Shown: one piece after another, positions 17,693 to 26,655 of the stretch
Layout: each line of letters opens with the position of its first letter
Numbering within the stretch: position 1 is the stretch's first letter
Source of the DNA: a virus
Taxonomy: Duplodnaviria > Caudoviricetes
Length of the DNA stretch: 35,142 bases
Reading direction: 5' to 3' (one strand)
Virus record (IMG/VR): IMGVR_UViG_3300032320_001130
Span: 1 to 35,142 of that record
Notes under the pieces: generated by a model
What the model saw: only the letters and a program-made list of their open reading frames with translations
What the model was told of the DNA's origin: nothing
Databases searched by the model: none
Translations under genes and position numbers: made by a program

Positions 17693-20636
17693 CTTTAGAT
17701 AAATCAGCTATTTGATTACGCAAATCTTCTTGTTTTTGAACTGTTGTTTTATAAGATGCCTCTGCTGCCTTAGCCTGACTAGATTCGTCACCGTATTTGG
17801 CTTTAGCATCATATAATGCTTTACGTGTAGCATAATAATCATCTTCATTTTTATCTAATTCAGCCTTTAACATATCGTATTTTTTAACCTGATCTGCACT
17901 AGGTATTTTGAATACAGTTGACTCAGTACCAAAAGGTATAGGGGGAACTCTATCATCTCCTAATAAACTTTTAGATTGTGCTTTAATTGCGCTGAAATCA
18001 AATGTATCTTTAGCAACAGTTGGAAGTTTAACATCAACTTGTCCACCGGATCCAACTGAATTAATTGCTGAGGCTAACTTTTCGGCATCGCCCGGACTTA
18101 ACCCGGTACCAGCCAAAGATGTTAAACTATCACCTTTAAGTTTATCTTTTAAGTTTTGCACTGCTGATGCCACCCCTTCAGAACCAGTAGAACCGGCTAT
18201 ACCTTTAAAAGCTGTTTGCAGGGCACCCAGTCCTGCAACAATATTGCTACTACCAGATAATGATGTTAGATTATTAAATGCACCTGCGGCTGCTGATGAC
18301 GTAGGTAGTGAGGCTGCTTCTTTTACTGTAGCTAAATTTTGTGGGCCAGCCTTTAAAGGTTTAATTGCAGATGATATTGCACTAAACGCACCGGCTACAG
18401 CACCTTTAAGTTTTTCTGTTACGTTTAAACCACCCAATGATACTCCACTTAGTGCAGACATATTTTTCTCAGCTAAGCCAGCCGCATAGTTTCCTGAAGC
18501 TATTAAATCTTTAGGAGAGCCAACTGTCATATTGGTTAGTTGAGTTCCTAACCCAGCCAATGAACTAGCGGCTGCTGCTCCGGCACTCAATGAGTTAACA
18601 TATGCCATAGTTGGGCCCATACCTACACTAGCCGCACTCATTATTAAACCTGCAACTTGTGTACTATTTTCATTACCAGTAATTAACCCGGTAGCTTTTA
18701 ATCCTAGTCCACTATCTTTCATTATATCAATACCTGATTGTGCTTGTGCTTGGGGACTATTTAAATATTGATTCATATTATTAATCCCATATTTACCGGT
18801 GAACAAATTACTGGGTACTGCTTCTGAAATAGACTTACCTTGTTGTATTCCACGTTCAACAAGTTCTGCTGATCCATTTTTAAAGATACCGGAAGTCACC
18901 ATTTGTTTTGGATTAAGTGCAAGACTTCCAAATGCAGCAGTTTTAATACCTTGTCCTGAAGTTAATACGCCGGCACCTGACAGGGCAGCCGGGCCAAATG
19001 GGCCAAATGCCGCAGTCATTGCCATTTGAGATACCATACTGCTACTTGCTAGTGGCCCAATTGCATCTGATACAGATGAAATATTAGGTATAGTAGCCGC
19101 TAGACTAGTAGTAGTTAACGAACTAGGATTTAGTGATGTTGCCGCACTGTTTGCTATGCTTGCAGCCTGAGTAGGACTACTTGGTAAATTATTTTCTGCA
19201 TTTAAATCTGCTTTAGCATCAGTGCCTTTACCAGCAGAGGTCCATGGCATATGCGCTGGAGCACGACTAGTAATACTTGACAATTTACCCGGTGCCGGCA
19301 AGTAACCATTTTTAGGATCATATAACGTATCATCATGTGCTTTAACTGATAGTTGTTTTACTTCCTCAGGTGTCAATGAAATTTCACCACTATTAAGTTT
19401 AACATCAGGGCCTCCATTAACATATACTGTTCCTCTAGATTTCAATCCCATATCGCCAATACTTGCAAATGCCATTTTGCTTTCAACACGAACAGTATGA
19501 TTTCCTTTAGTATACCCTCTATAATCAGTACCTACATAATTTGTGGTTTCTTTTAAACTTTCTATTTTTACATTTTCAGCAGAAATATTCAAATCTTTGG
19601 CTGCATTAATATTGATGTTTCTGTCAGCATGTAAGTTTAGATCACCTTGTGTTCTGATATTAACACTATTAGTTGAATACATATCAATAGTGCCTTCTTT
19701 ACCTAATTCAATGTAACTTTGACCATTAGCGTGTATTATAGTTAATACTTGTGAGGCATCATTCATCATTATCATATGGCCGCCACCAGTACGCAATCTA
19801 ACTAATTGATCTCTCCCTAGTATATCACCGTCGTCCATTACTAGTGTATGGCCACCACGTCTACCTATAATTTTGAAATTTTCATTAGGTGTGCTATTAT
19901 TTTTTATTGCATCACCAATAGTAGTATCATCGTACCCACCTTTATATACTGGTCTACCGGGAGTGCTTATACCAAAAACATTGCTAGGACTTTCACGATT
20001 TGCACTACTTGAAATTACTCCACGATCTGGATCTCGTATCAATCCTTGGTTATTCAATATAGCAGCTTGATAACTATGTACAGGTCTAGTTTGATTTGTA
20101 AAAGTAGGGCTATTATTATTTTTTTCGTTAGCGTTATTAAACTCTGTAACTGGTAGTTTTTTTGCATCACCGTATCCAGCTGCTTCCCCGCTATTTAGGT
20201 CTACTGATGTGCTTGATCCTATAGCAGGAACCATTTGCGTCATCCCTGCTTGTGGTATACAACCTATATAAAATCCCTTACTAGGATCTCCGTTTAAAAA
20301 TACACAAAGCACTTCTGTATCTATATCAGGTGGGGTAGCCCAAAATCCATAGCTATGTGGGTTGCCTACATAAGACCCACCGGTATCGTCCTTACTTGCA
20401 GTATTTCTAGTATAACCAAAAAATGGACTTAAGTATCGTACCGGTACCCAATATGCAGGATTATCTTCGTCCGGACTGTTACCACGAACGATATATACTT
20501 CAATTTTTCCCGTATGTGCTGGATCAATATTATTTTTTACAATACCTATTACTGCACTGGGTATAATTCCGGCGTTACTTGAATCATCTTTGACTGAACT
20601 TAATGATCCTGTTAATTTTGATATATTCTCAGCCAT
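17688..20636 (-). CDS. Baseplate central spike, gp5/VgrG-like, with a long C-terminal extension (982 aa)
   Basis: N-terminal OB-fold (IGIVKNNIDPAHTGKIEVYI...SYGFWATPPDIDTEVLCVFLNGD), beta-helix repeats (GGHTLVMDDG...GHMIMMND...GDLNLHADRNININA), His-containing tip motif RAPAHMPW, then a lysozyme-like segment and an Ala/Gly/Ser-rich tail. Confidence 0.8.
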   Translation of the reverse strand: MAENISKLTGSLSSVKDDSSNAGIIPSAVIGIVKNNIDPAHTGKIEVYIVRGNSPDEDNPAYWVPVRYLSPFFGYTRNTASKDDTGGSYVGNPHSYGFWATPPDIDTEVLCVFLNGDPSKGFYIGCIPQAGMTQMVPAIGSSTSVDLNSGEAAGYGDAKKLPVTEFNNANEKNNNSPTFTNQTRPVHSYQAAILNNQGLIRDPDRGVISSSANRESPSNVFGISTPGRPVYKGGYDDTTIGDAIKNNSTPNENFKIIGRRGGHTLVMDDGDILGRDQLVRLRTGGGHMIMMNDASQVLTIIHANGQSYIELGKEGTIDMYSTNSVNIRTQGDLNLHADRNININAAKDLNISAENVKIESLKETTNYVGTDYRGYTKGNHTVRVESKMAFASIGDMGLKSRGTVYVNGGPDVKLNSGEISLTPEEVKQLSVKAHDDTLYDPKNGYLPAPGKLSSITSRAPAHMPWTSAGKGTDAKADLNAENNLPSSPTQAASIANSAATSLNPSSLTTTSLAATIPNISSVSDAIGPLASSSMVSQMAMTAAFGPFGPAALSGAGVLTSGQGIKTAAFGSLALNPKQMVTSGIFKNGSAELVERGIQQGKSISEAVPSNLFTGKYGINNMNQYLNSPQAQAQSGIDIMKDSGLGLKATGLITGNENSTQVAGLIMSAASVGMGPTMAYVNSLSAGAAAASSLAGLGTQLTNMTVGSPKDLIASGNYAAGLAEKNMSALSGVSLGGLNVTEKLKGAVAGAFSAISSAIKPLKAGPQNLATVKEAASLPTSSAAAGAFNNLTSLSGSSNIVAGLGALQTAFKGIAGSTGSEGVASAVQNLKDKLKGDSLTSLAGTGLSPGDAEKLASAINSVGSGGQVDVKLPTVAKDTFDFSAIKAQSKSLLGDDRVPPIPFGTESTVFKIPSADQVKKYDMLKAELDKNEDDYYATRKALYDAKAKYGDESSQAKAAEASYKTTVQKQEDLRNQIADLSKA

Positions 20637-23044
20637 TAATTGCCACCTCTTGTTCCTCGATCACCACCTTTTGGCCGATCTGAAGGAGTAGTACTAGATG
20701 TACCATCTTCGCCAGTGTCAAACGGTGGAATTACAGTTTTTAAATCTTGAGTAAACAATCCTTTTGAAAAATTGCTTACTACTTGAGTTACCATATATGC
20801 TACACCTTGTATCTTATCTTTTACGCTATCGGGATATGGCCAAAACAAAATATCATCATCTTGTGCAGGATCTAATAACCCAGTTTGTTTGTTATAATCT
20901 TCAGTATCCCTGAAATCAACTTCAATGAATACTTGACCAGCATGTGGATTAATAGAAAATCCATCTTCTCCGTAAAAATAATCTGATTGTTCTTTCACTC
21001 CCCTAGCAGTAGCAGTAACCAAATAATCTGGATCACCTAATATTGTTATACGTGCATTTAACTGGTCACCTGGACTATATAAAAATGTTTTTACAGGTCC
21101 AATCGACTTGTCCCACCAGCCATCACCGCTTGCACCTGTTTTATCAGTACCACTAACATATCCTGGACTAACTGGTGCGCTATTAGATGAATTAGGCATT
21201 GGGGCGCCACTACCAGTCCCACCTGCATTAAAATATAACAGATTATATTGTTGGTCGTATGAGATAATTTCTTTTTGGTGTTTGGTTTTATCTTTATTAT
21301 CGTTAGACAAATATAGATGCTTATATCTTTTCACCGGGCCATCATACTTTCCGGGCTTTGCTATTTTTAATCCTCTTACGTAGGGTATAGTATATTTTCT
21401 AATAATATATGTGATATCATATGCATAACTATTACGTAATTCATCCCATCCATCTGTTTTTACTTTTACTTGAGGCGTTACGGAGTACCAAACAAGTTCT
21501 TTACCTTTACTATCTGAATTATCAGAGAAATTTTTGGCTGGGTCTGTTGGCTCTTGTATTATTTGTTTATCTGTATACTTAAACGCATTCGTAATATAAG
21601 AACTTTGTGTTATAATTTGGTCAATTACTCTCAATATTTCAACACCTTTAGTAACAGTAAGTGTTTTTGTTTTTGTGTCAATGGTTGGACTACCGGCTGC
21701 CGTTCTTGCATTATTGTTTGATATATCTTTTAATGAAACAAGCGGGGCGGTACTACGGTCAACTGACTTAGGTTCCTTAACCATTAATGCTGATTTTATC
21801 GAATCGGTTTGAAATTCTATTGAGTATGAATCTTTAACTTGAATTTGTTTATTTTTTAAATATTCTTCTTGTTTATTGTTTAGATATTCTATCAATCCAT
21901 AGGCTTCTTTATTTGACGTTGAAGATCCTTCTAGCATATCAGCCACTGACCTACCTTTAAGGTTTATAGTATCACTATCAATAAAACCTCTGAATTTTCC
22001 TGCAGTTATATCTTCGGAAACCATTACAGCTTTTATGTTATATATAATTTTACTATCTAATTTAAATTCAAAACCAGTTATCTTGATTGGGAAACTACGC
22101 TCAAAAACAGCATTGGTATCTGTTACTGTACTATCTGCTTTGCTGTAATTAGTAGAGGTTACAAGTTCTCCATCTTTGTTATATCCATAAAATCGTATCA
22201 CTAGCATCATTATTGATTGTAATGCTTGATTGGTATTCTTTATGCCTGGGGTATTTCTAATTGAGCTGCTTTTTTGAGCCTGATTTGCGGCTCTAACTAA
22301 TTTAGTAGGAAACTTAAAGCCATATGGTTCAAATACTTGAAAAGAAAACTCATACGTACTAGATGCTCTTTTTGTCTCTTGACCGGCAATGTTAGTTGTT
22401 AATCTTAAATTATCTATGTAGTAATCTAACTCAAACCCTTCTGCCCTAGCTGACCCACGATTGGCAACATTACCCACATTAGTATAAAAATCACCTATGC
22501 CACCACTACGACATATTAATTTCCAATCAGACGGGATTATTTTACTACCTTCAGTATAAGAATTATATGTTTCAGGATTTACAACATACAAACTTATATT
22601 ATACGTATAGCTTGAAAAATCACTCAACGGATTATCTCTGGGTTCTTTCCATCGTAGTTTAGTACTTGCTTTGTCTACTACTATTTTTTTAATAGGTTCT
22701 GTTTTGTCTTCCGGTGATATGTCAGGTGAATTGGGAATAGTATCCCCTTGGTCAAGACCAGTAGTGTCTGCTTCTGTAGTGGAATTTAAAGATTTGACAG
22801 GAGTTGGTGGTAAAATTTCTTGCGTAACAGATGAATTAACTATAGGTGTTCCATATGATCCGCCGCCTCGACCGGCTGCAATCTTAGTTAAATTATCACC
22901 ACTAGCCACTGTGTAAGTTATATCATTAGACAGAGTAAGTACTTGTCCAGGATATATCAAATTAGGATTATTACCTATTACATCTTTGTTTGCGGCATAT
23001 ATTGCTTGCCACGTAGTGACCGTAAAATTGTCAGGTGCTGCCAT
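20636..23044 (-). CDS. Putative baseplate hub protein (gp27-like position) with N-terminal permuted LysM (802 aa)
   Basis: LysM half-motifs at aa 11-58; NPLSDFSSYTYNISLY, FQVFEPYG, ITILGDPDYL, YMVTQVVSNFSKGLFTQDL resemble hub/late-control-D proteins. Lies between gp53 and the spike with a TAATG overlap. Confidence 0.6.
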   Translation of the reverse strand: MAAPDNFTVTTWQAIYAANKDVIGNNPNLIYPGQVLTLSNDITYTVASGDNLTKIAAGRGGGSYGTPIVNSSVTQEILPPTPVKSLNSTTEADTTGLDQGDTIPNSPDISPEDKTEPIKKIVVDKASTKLRWKEPRDNPLSDFSSYTYNISLYVVNPETYNSYTEGSKIIPSDWKLICRSGGIGDFYTNVGNVANRGSARAEGFELDYYIDNLRLTTNIAGQETKRASSTYEFSFQVFEPYGFKFPTKLVRAANQAQKSSSIRNTPGIKNTNQALQSIMMLVIRFYGYNKDGELVTSTNYSKADSTVTDTNAVFERSFPIKITGFEFKLDSKIIYNIKAVMVSEDITAGKFRGFIDSDTINLKGRSVADMLEGSSTSNKEAYGLIEYLNNKQEEYLKNKQIQVKDSYSIEFQTDSIKSALMVKEPKSVDRSTAPLVSLKDISNNNARTAAGSPTIDTKTKTLTVTKGVEILRVIDQIITQSSYITNAFKYTDKQIIQEPTDPAKNFSDNSDSKGKELVWYSVTPQVKVKTDGWDELRNSYAYDITYIIRKYTIPYVRGLKIAKPGKYDGPVKRYKHLYLSNDNKDKTKHQKEIISYDQQYNLLYFNAGGTGSGAPMPNSSNSAPVSPGYVSGTDKTGASGDGWWDKSIGPVKTFLYSPGDQLNARITILGDPDYLVTATARGVKEQSDYFYGEDGFSINPHAGQVFIEVDFRDTEDYNKQTGLLDPAQDDDILFWPYPDSVKDKIQGVAYMVTQVVSNFSKGLFTQDLKTVIPPFDTGEDGTSSTTPSDRPKGGDRGTRGGN

Positions 23045-23045
23045 A

Positions 23046-23348
23046 TTATAAACTCAATGCGTTTTCTAATGTAGTATATTGTGGCAAATATATCCATGTA
23101 CCTAACACAAAATCAAACAATGGATCTTTAAGAGTATTGGGGTTGCGCTGTGAAAATACCCACCATAATTTACTATCATTGTATAAGTCATACGCTAACA
23201 AATCTGGACGCAAGTTATATGTTGTGTTTATTTGAAAATATACATCATCAGGTAATGATGGTATAGGCCTATTCTCCATTACATCTAAAAATAAATTTTT
23301 ATAAACAGTGGTAGAATAATAAGGACTTGTTTGTCTATATGTTGCCAT
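23046..23348 (-). CDS. gp53: Baseplate wedge protein, gp53-like (LysM-type, ~100 aa)
   Basis: RPDLLAYDLYNDSKLWWVF...NP motif. Start placed at ATG 23348 (TAATG overlap with the upstream stop) rather than 23354. Confidence 0.8.
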   Translation of the reverse strand: MATYRQTSPYYSTTVYKNLFLDVMENRPIPSLPDDVYFQINTTYNLRPDLLAYDLYNDSKLWWVFSQRNPNTLKDPLFDFVLGTWIYLPQYTTLENALSL

Positions 23349-24583
23349 TACCAAAATCCCTTCTTAATTAATTCACCAGAAGCATATTTTTCTAAACTAA
23401 ATGTTTTGCTAACATCACTACGGGTAACTATTACATGAGCACCTAATGTAATTTGCATTTTTGTAGGTACGTATGAATTTTCTTCTGATATGCTAGAAAG
23501 ATTTTTAAATGTAGGTGATGGGGGTTTTGCGTTGGGGGGTGCACCTGCCATTTTTAAACGTATTCGTTGAAATATGTTAGTTGATTTTTTTGGAGAGGTA
23601 TCCTCTGCCGTAATCATCCCTGATCCCTCCCAATCAGTTATTGCTTCAGTCCTTATATAATCTACATCAGTGGGCAACGTGTATTGAAATGATGAAATCA
23701 CTAATGGGTGTTTATTGAATTGATATGCACCTAATCCCGAAAGATAACATAGTGGTGGAGGTGTTCCGCCTCTAGGATTAGAATCTTGACCATAAAACAT
23801 TTTAGTAACCGATCTAAAAAAGTGTATCACTGCTAATAGATACTTAGCTTCATTTGTATCCTGTGCTGTGAATTCTGCTGTGATTTGTATATCGTCAACA
23901 CTACTACCCTTATAGAATTGAAGCCTGTAATTACTATGTGCAACCTCTGTTGGGTCATAGTTAGCACGATATGATACACTAATAGTGGGCATATACGGAA
24001 ACAATACACCTGAGGTTGATCTTAACGGGGCTAATATATTTGTTTTGCTCATATTCTCAGCCATGTATAAGTAGTTTGCTTTAGGGGCCAAACTCAATCT
24101 AACTCTCCAATCATTTTCAGCCACCGCAGCTTTAGTTGATATTGTGTTACTGGTTGTTTGGCGTCGTTCTGCTAAAGCCGCTGTAAGTGCAGTTTGTTCT
24201 GTTTCAGTAGCTCCGCCAAATGTATTTTCATAATAATTATCAGATGGGGTCGCTTGACCTTCAATTTGAGATGATCCATCTGATGCGGTGGTACTTGATG
24301 ATTCTGTAGAACTTACTGTTTTTTGATCTGAACTTTTTGCAGGAGGAATTGACTCAATCAGTTCCCCTTTAGAATTATATTTCTCAATAGTTCCGTCAGT
24401 GGTTGTTACAGAGAAAGAGTTATTTGCCGAATTTTCAAGATTTACCCTTTCTTGTAAATATGCAACAGATTTTTCTAGTTGCGTTACTCTTGATATATCA
24501 GCGGCGGTCTTGTTGGGTGCCGCTTGGGCGGCGGCTAAATTCTGTTTAGATATTTCTAGTTGTTGTTCTTGTGGGGTTGCCAT
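23348..24583 (-). CDS. Tail tube initiator / baseplate-tube junction protein (gp48/gp54-like), 411 aa
   Basis: GVLFPYMPTISVSYRANY...HSNY...IQITAEFTAQ...PPPLCYLSGLGAYQF...LVISSFQYTLPTDVDY resembles tube-fold initiators. First gene of the baseplate operon; Ser/Thr-rich N-terminal ~150 aa. Confidence 0.6.
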   Translation of the reverse strand: MATPQEQQLEISKQNLAAAQAAPNKTAADISRVTQLEKSVAYLQERVNLENSANNSFSVTTTDGTIEKYNSKGELIESIPPAKSSDQKTVSSTESSSTTASDGSSQIEGQATPSDNYYENTFGGATETEQTALTAALAERRQTTSNTISTKAAVAENDWRVRLSLAPKANYLYMAENMSKTNILAPLRSTSGVLFPYMPTISVSYRANYDPTEVAHSNYRLQFYKGSSVDDIQITAEFTAQDTNEAKYLLAVIHFFRSVTKMFYGQDSNPRGGTPPPLCYLSGLGAYQFNKHPLVISSFQYTLPTDVDYIRTEAITDWEGSGMITAEDTSPKKSTNIFQRIRLKMAGAPPNAKPPSPTFKNLSSISEENSYVPTKMQITLGAHVIVTRSDVSKTFSLEKYASGELIKKGFW

Positions 24584-24597
24584 TGATATATACCTTT

Positions 24598-24605
24598 ACT
24601 AAATA
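24598..24605 (+). promoter_or_regulatory. Possible late promoter ACTAAATA pointing toward gp55
   Basis: Identical 8-mer occurs upstream of the tape measure gene (31248); abuts the oppositely oriented GATAAATA. Confidence 0.35.
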
Positions 24606-24613
24606 TATTTATC
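24606..24613 (-). promoter_or_regulatory. Late promoter GATAAATA driving the baseplate operon
   Basis: Plus strand tatttatc, 22 nt upstream of ATG 24583, with an AAAGGT RBS-like sequence in between. Confidence 0.75.
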
Positions 24614-24646
24614 GCATTAAAAAATCACCTTTTTTACCATAAGTTG

Positions 24647-24675
24647 TTGCTTTTCTACAACTTAAGTGTTATACT
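24647..24675 (+). promoter_or_regulatory. Sigma70-type promoter for gp55 (TTGCTT-N17-TATACT, extended -10 TG)
   Basis: -35 at 24647-52, 17-nt spacer, TG at 24667-68, -10 at 24670-75; GGAG RBS before ATG 24702. Confidence 0.75.
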
Positions 24676-24701
24676 TTGCTTAACAGAAACTACGGAGAAA
24701 T

Positions 24702-25592
24702 ATGAGTTTACCAAGTAAAAAACCAGTCAATTACCTTAATAATAAGGATATTTTAAAAGAAATACATTCAAGCAAAAATACATATTGCGCTTATCTAAAA
24801 CCAGAGGATCATAGATATGATTTCATTGTAGATATGCCCACAGAGGCATTAGAAAAAAGTCTTGATTATATCTTAAAACCAGAAACTATCCAAACAGCAA
24901 AAGAAACTAGAGCGACACGGTTAAGTGTAGAAACTGGAGAAAAAGTAGACCCAGACTCAATAGCAGTAACAGATTTAGTATTTCGTGTAATGACATGGGA
25001 TCATATCCCTGTGGCGCCCAAGCAACCCAGAAAAATAGATAAAAAGAAAACAGCAAAAGACTTTTTTGAGTTTGATGAAGATGGAGAAGAGATTTTTGCA
25101 GAACTAGAAGATCCTACAACTAAAGCTGAGATTGATGACATGGTTCATGTCAAAGTAAATTTTCCTCCTTTCCAACACTATAAATTAACCAAAGTTAACA
25201 ATTTCAAATGTGTTGGCAAGAGTCATTGGATTGGTGATTTAAAAACCGGTGAGTTTAGTAAGGATCAAGGTACTATCACAGATAAACTTGCTCGAATGTA
25301 CATTATGATGTGTGAAAAATATGCTATGAAATTCAATTGGCGTGGGTACACATACAATGATGAAATGCGTAACAGTGCCATTCTACAGCTTACATATGTT
25401 GGACTACGATTCAACGAAGCAAAAAGTGCCAACCCTTTCGCATACTACACAGCCGCAATTACAAATAGTTTCTGCCGTGTATTAAACACCGAAAAGCGTA
25501 ACCAGAACATAAGGGACGATATTTTAGAAATGAATGGGCTTAATCCAAGTTGGAGCCGTCAGGGCACATCAAGCATTGTGTACGAAGAATAA
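24702..25592 (+). CDS. gp55: Late-transcription sigma factor, T4 gp55-like (296 aa)
   Basis: NYLNNKDILKEI N-terminus; NWRGYTYNDEM; FNEAKSANPFAYYTAAITNSFCRVLNTEKRNQ. Precedes gp47/gp46 as in T4-like phages. Confidence 0.88.
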   Translation: MSLPSKKPVNYLNNKDILKEIHSSKNTYCAYLKPEDHRYDFIVDMPTEALEKSLDYILKPETIQTAKETRATRLSVETGEKVDPDSIAVTDLVFRVMTWDHIPVAPKQPRKIDKKKTAKDFFEFDEDGEEIFAELEDPTTKAEIDDMVHVKVNFPPFQHYKLTKVNNFKCVGKSHWIGDLKTGEFSKDQGTITDKLARMYIMMCEKYAMKFNWRGYTYNDEMRNSAILQLTYVGLRFNEAKSANPFAYYTAAITNSFCRVLNTEKRNQNIRDDILEMNGLNPSWSRQGTSSIVYEE

Positions 25593-25599
25593 TTTAACC

Positions 25600-25635
25600 A
25601 ACAGAGTTGCATTAGTAACTCTGTTTCTATATAAT
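25600..25635 (+). promoter_or_regulatory. Sigma70-type promoter TTGCAT-N17-TATAAT overlapped by an 11-bp hairpin (may also terminate gp55)
   Basis: AACAGAGTTGC-ATTA-GTAACTCTGTT at 25600-25625; -35 at 25607-12; -10 at 25630-35; gp47 ATG 6 nt later with no SD. Confidence 0.7.
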
Positions 25636-25641
25636 AACTGA

Positions 25642-26655
25642 ATGAGTAACCTTTTCAAGAAAGCAGCCGTTTTTACGGACATACATTTTGGTCTAAAGAG
25701 TAACAGTCTACAACATAATTTAGATTGTGCTAACTTTGTAGACTGGTTCATACAAAAAGCAAAAAGTGAGAATTGTGAAACTTGTTTCTTCCTTGGTGAT
25801 TACAATCATCACAGAGCAAGTATCAATATCCACACTTTGCAATTTGGATTACAAGCATTGGAGAAATTAAATGCTAATTTTGATAGAGTATATTTTATAC
25901 CAGGCAATCACGATCTTTATTATCGTGACCGCAGGGACATTCATAGTGTTGAGTGGGCTAAACATTTACCAAACGTACACATCATCAACGACTTCTACAA
26001 AGAAGGAGATGTAGTAATAGCCCCCTGGCTAGTACAGGACGATTACAAAAAGGTTCAAAAACTAAGTAGCAAATACATGTTTGGTCATTTAGAATTACCT
26101 AAATTCTACATGAATGCTATGGTAGAAATGCCCGATCACGGTGAGATTAACGAAGACCATATGAAAGGCTTTGAGAAAGTATTCAGTGGTCACTTTCATA
26201 AACGACAAGCACGTAAAAATATTTGGTATATCGGTAATAGCTTTCCACACAATTATGCTGACGCAGGTGATGATGCTAGAGGCATGATGATATTGGAATG
26301 GGGTGAGGAGCCTGTATTCCATAGTTGGCCTCGTCAACCATTATTTAGAGTTTACAAACTTAGCGATGTACTAGAAAATCCAGAAGGGTTGCTATTGATT
26401 GATAGTCATGTTAGAGTACATCTTGATATTGATATTAGTTATGAAGAAGCAAACTTCATACGTGAAACTATGATACCAGAACATAAACTTAGAGAAATGG
26501 CGTTGATACCTATGAAAGTTGAACAAACTGAAACTCAAGGCTTTGACGGTCTTAAGTTTGAGAGTGTTGACCAAATCGTTATTGACCAGATTAACAGTAT
26601 TGAATCAAATACATTTGACAAAAAGATACTGTTAGAGATTTACAACAATCTATGA
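25642..26655 (+). CDS. gp47: Recombination endonuclease subunit, gp47/SbcD/Mre11-like
   Basis: Metallophosphoesterase motifs DIHFG, GDYNH, GNHD, GHLE, SGHFH. Confidence 0.93.
   Translation: MSNLFKKAAVFTDIHFGLKSNSLQHNLDCANFVDWFIQKAKSENCETCFFLGDYNHHRASINIHTLQFGLQALEKLNANFDRVYFIPGNHDLYYRDRRDIHSVEWAKHLPNVHIINDFYKEGDVVIAPWLVQDDYKKVQKLSSKYMFGHLELPKFYMNAMVEMPDHGEINEDHMKGFEKVFSGHFHKRQARKNIWYIGNSFPHNYADAGDDARGMMILEWGEEPVFHSWPRQPLFRVYKLSDVLENPEGLLLIDSHVRVHLDIDISYEEANFIRETMIPEHKLREMALIPMKVEQTETQGFDGLKFESVDQIVIDQINSIESNTFDKKILLEIYNNL

Noticed and set aside
2371-24602. Short plus-strand ORFs in the track (2371, 5019, 15196, 16399, 16705, 17505, 17908, 18799, 19873, 21108, 22671, 23035, 24399)
   Set aside because: All are antisense shadows of long minus-strand structural genes, with no recognisable motifs; the 193-aa one mirrors an Ala/Gly/Ser-rich region.
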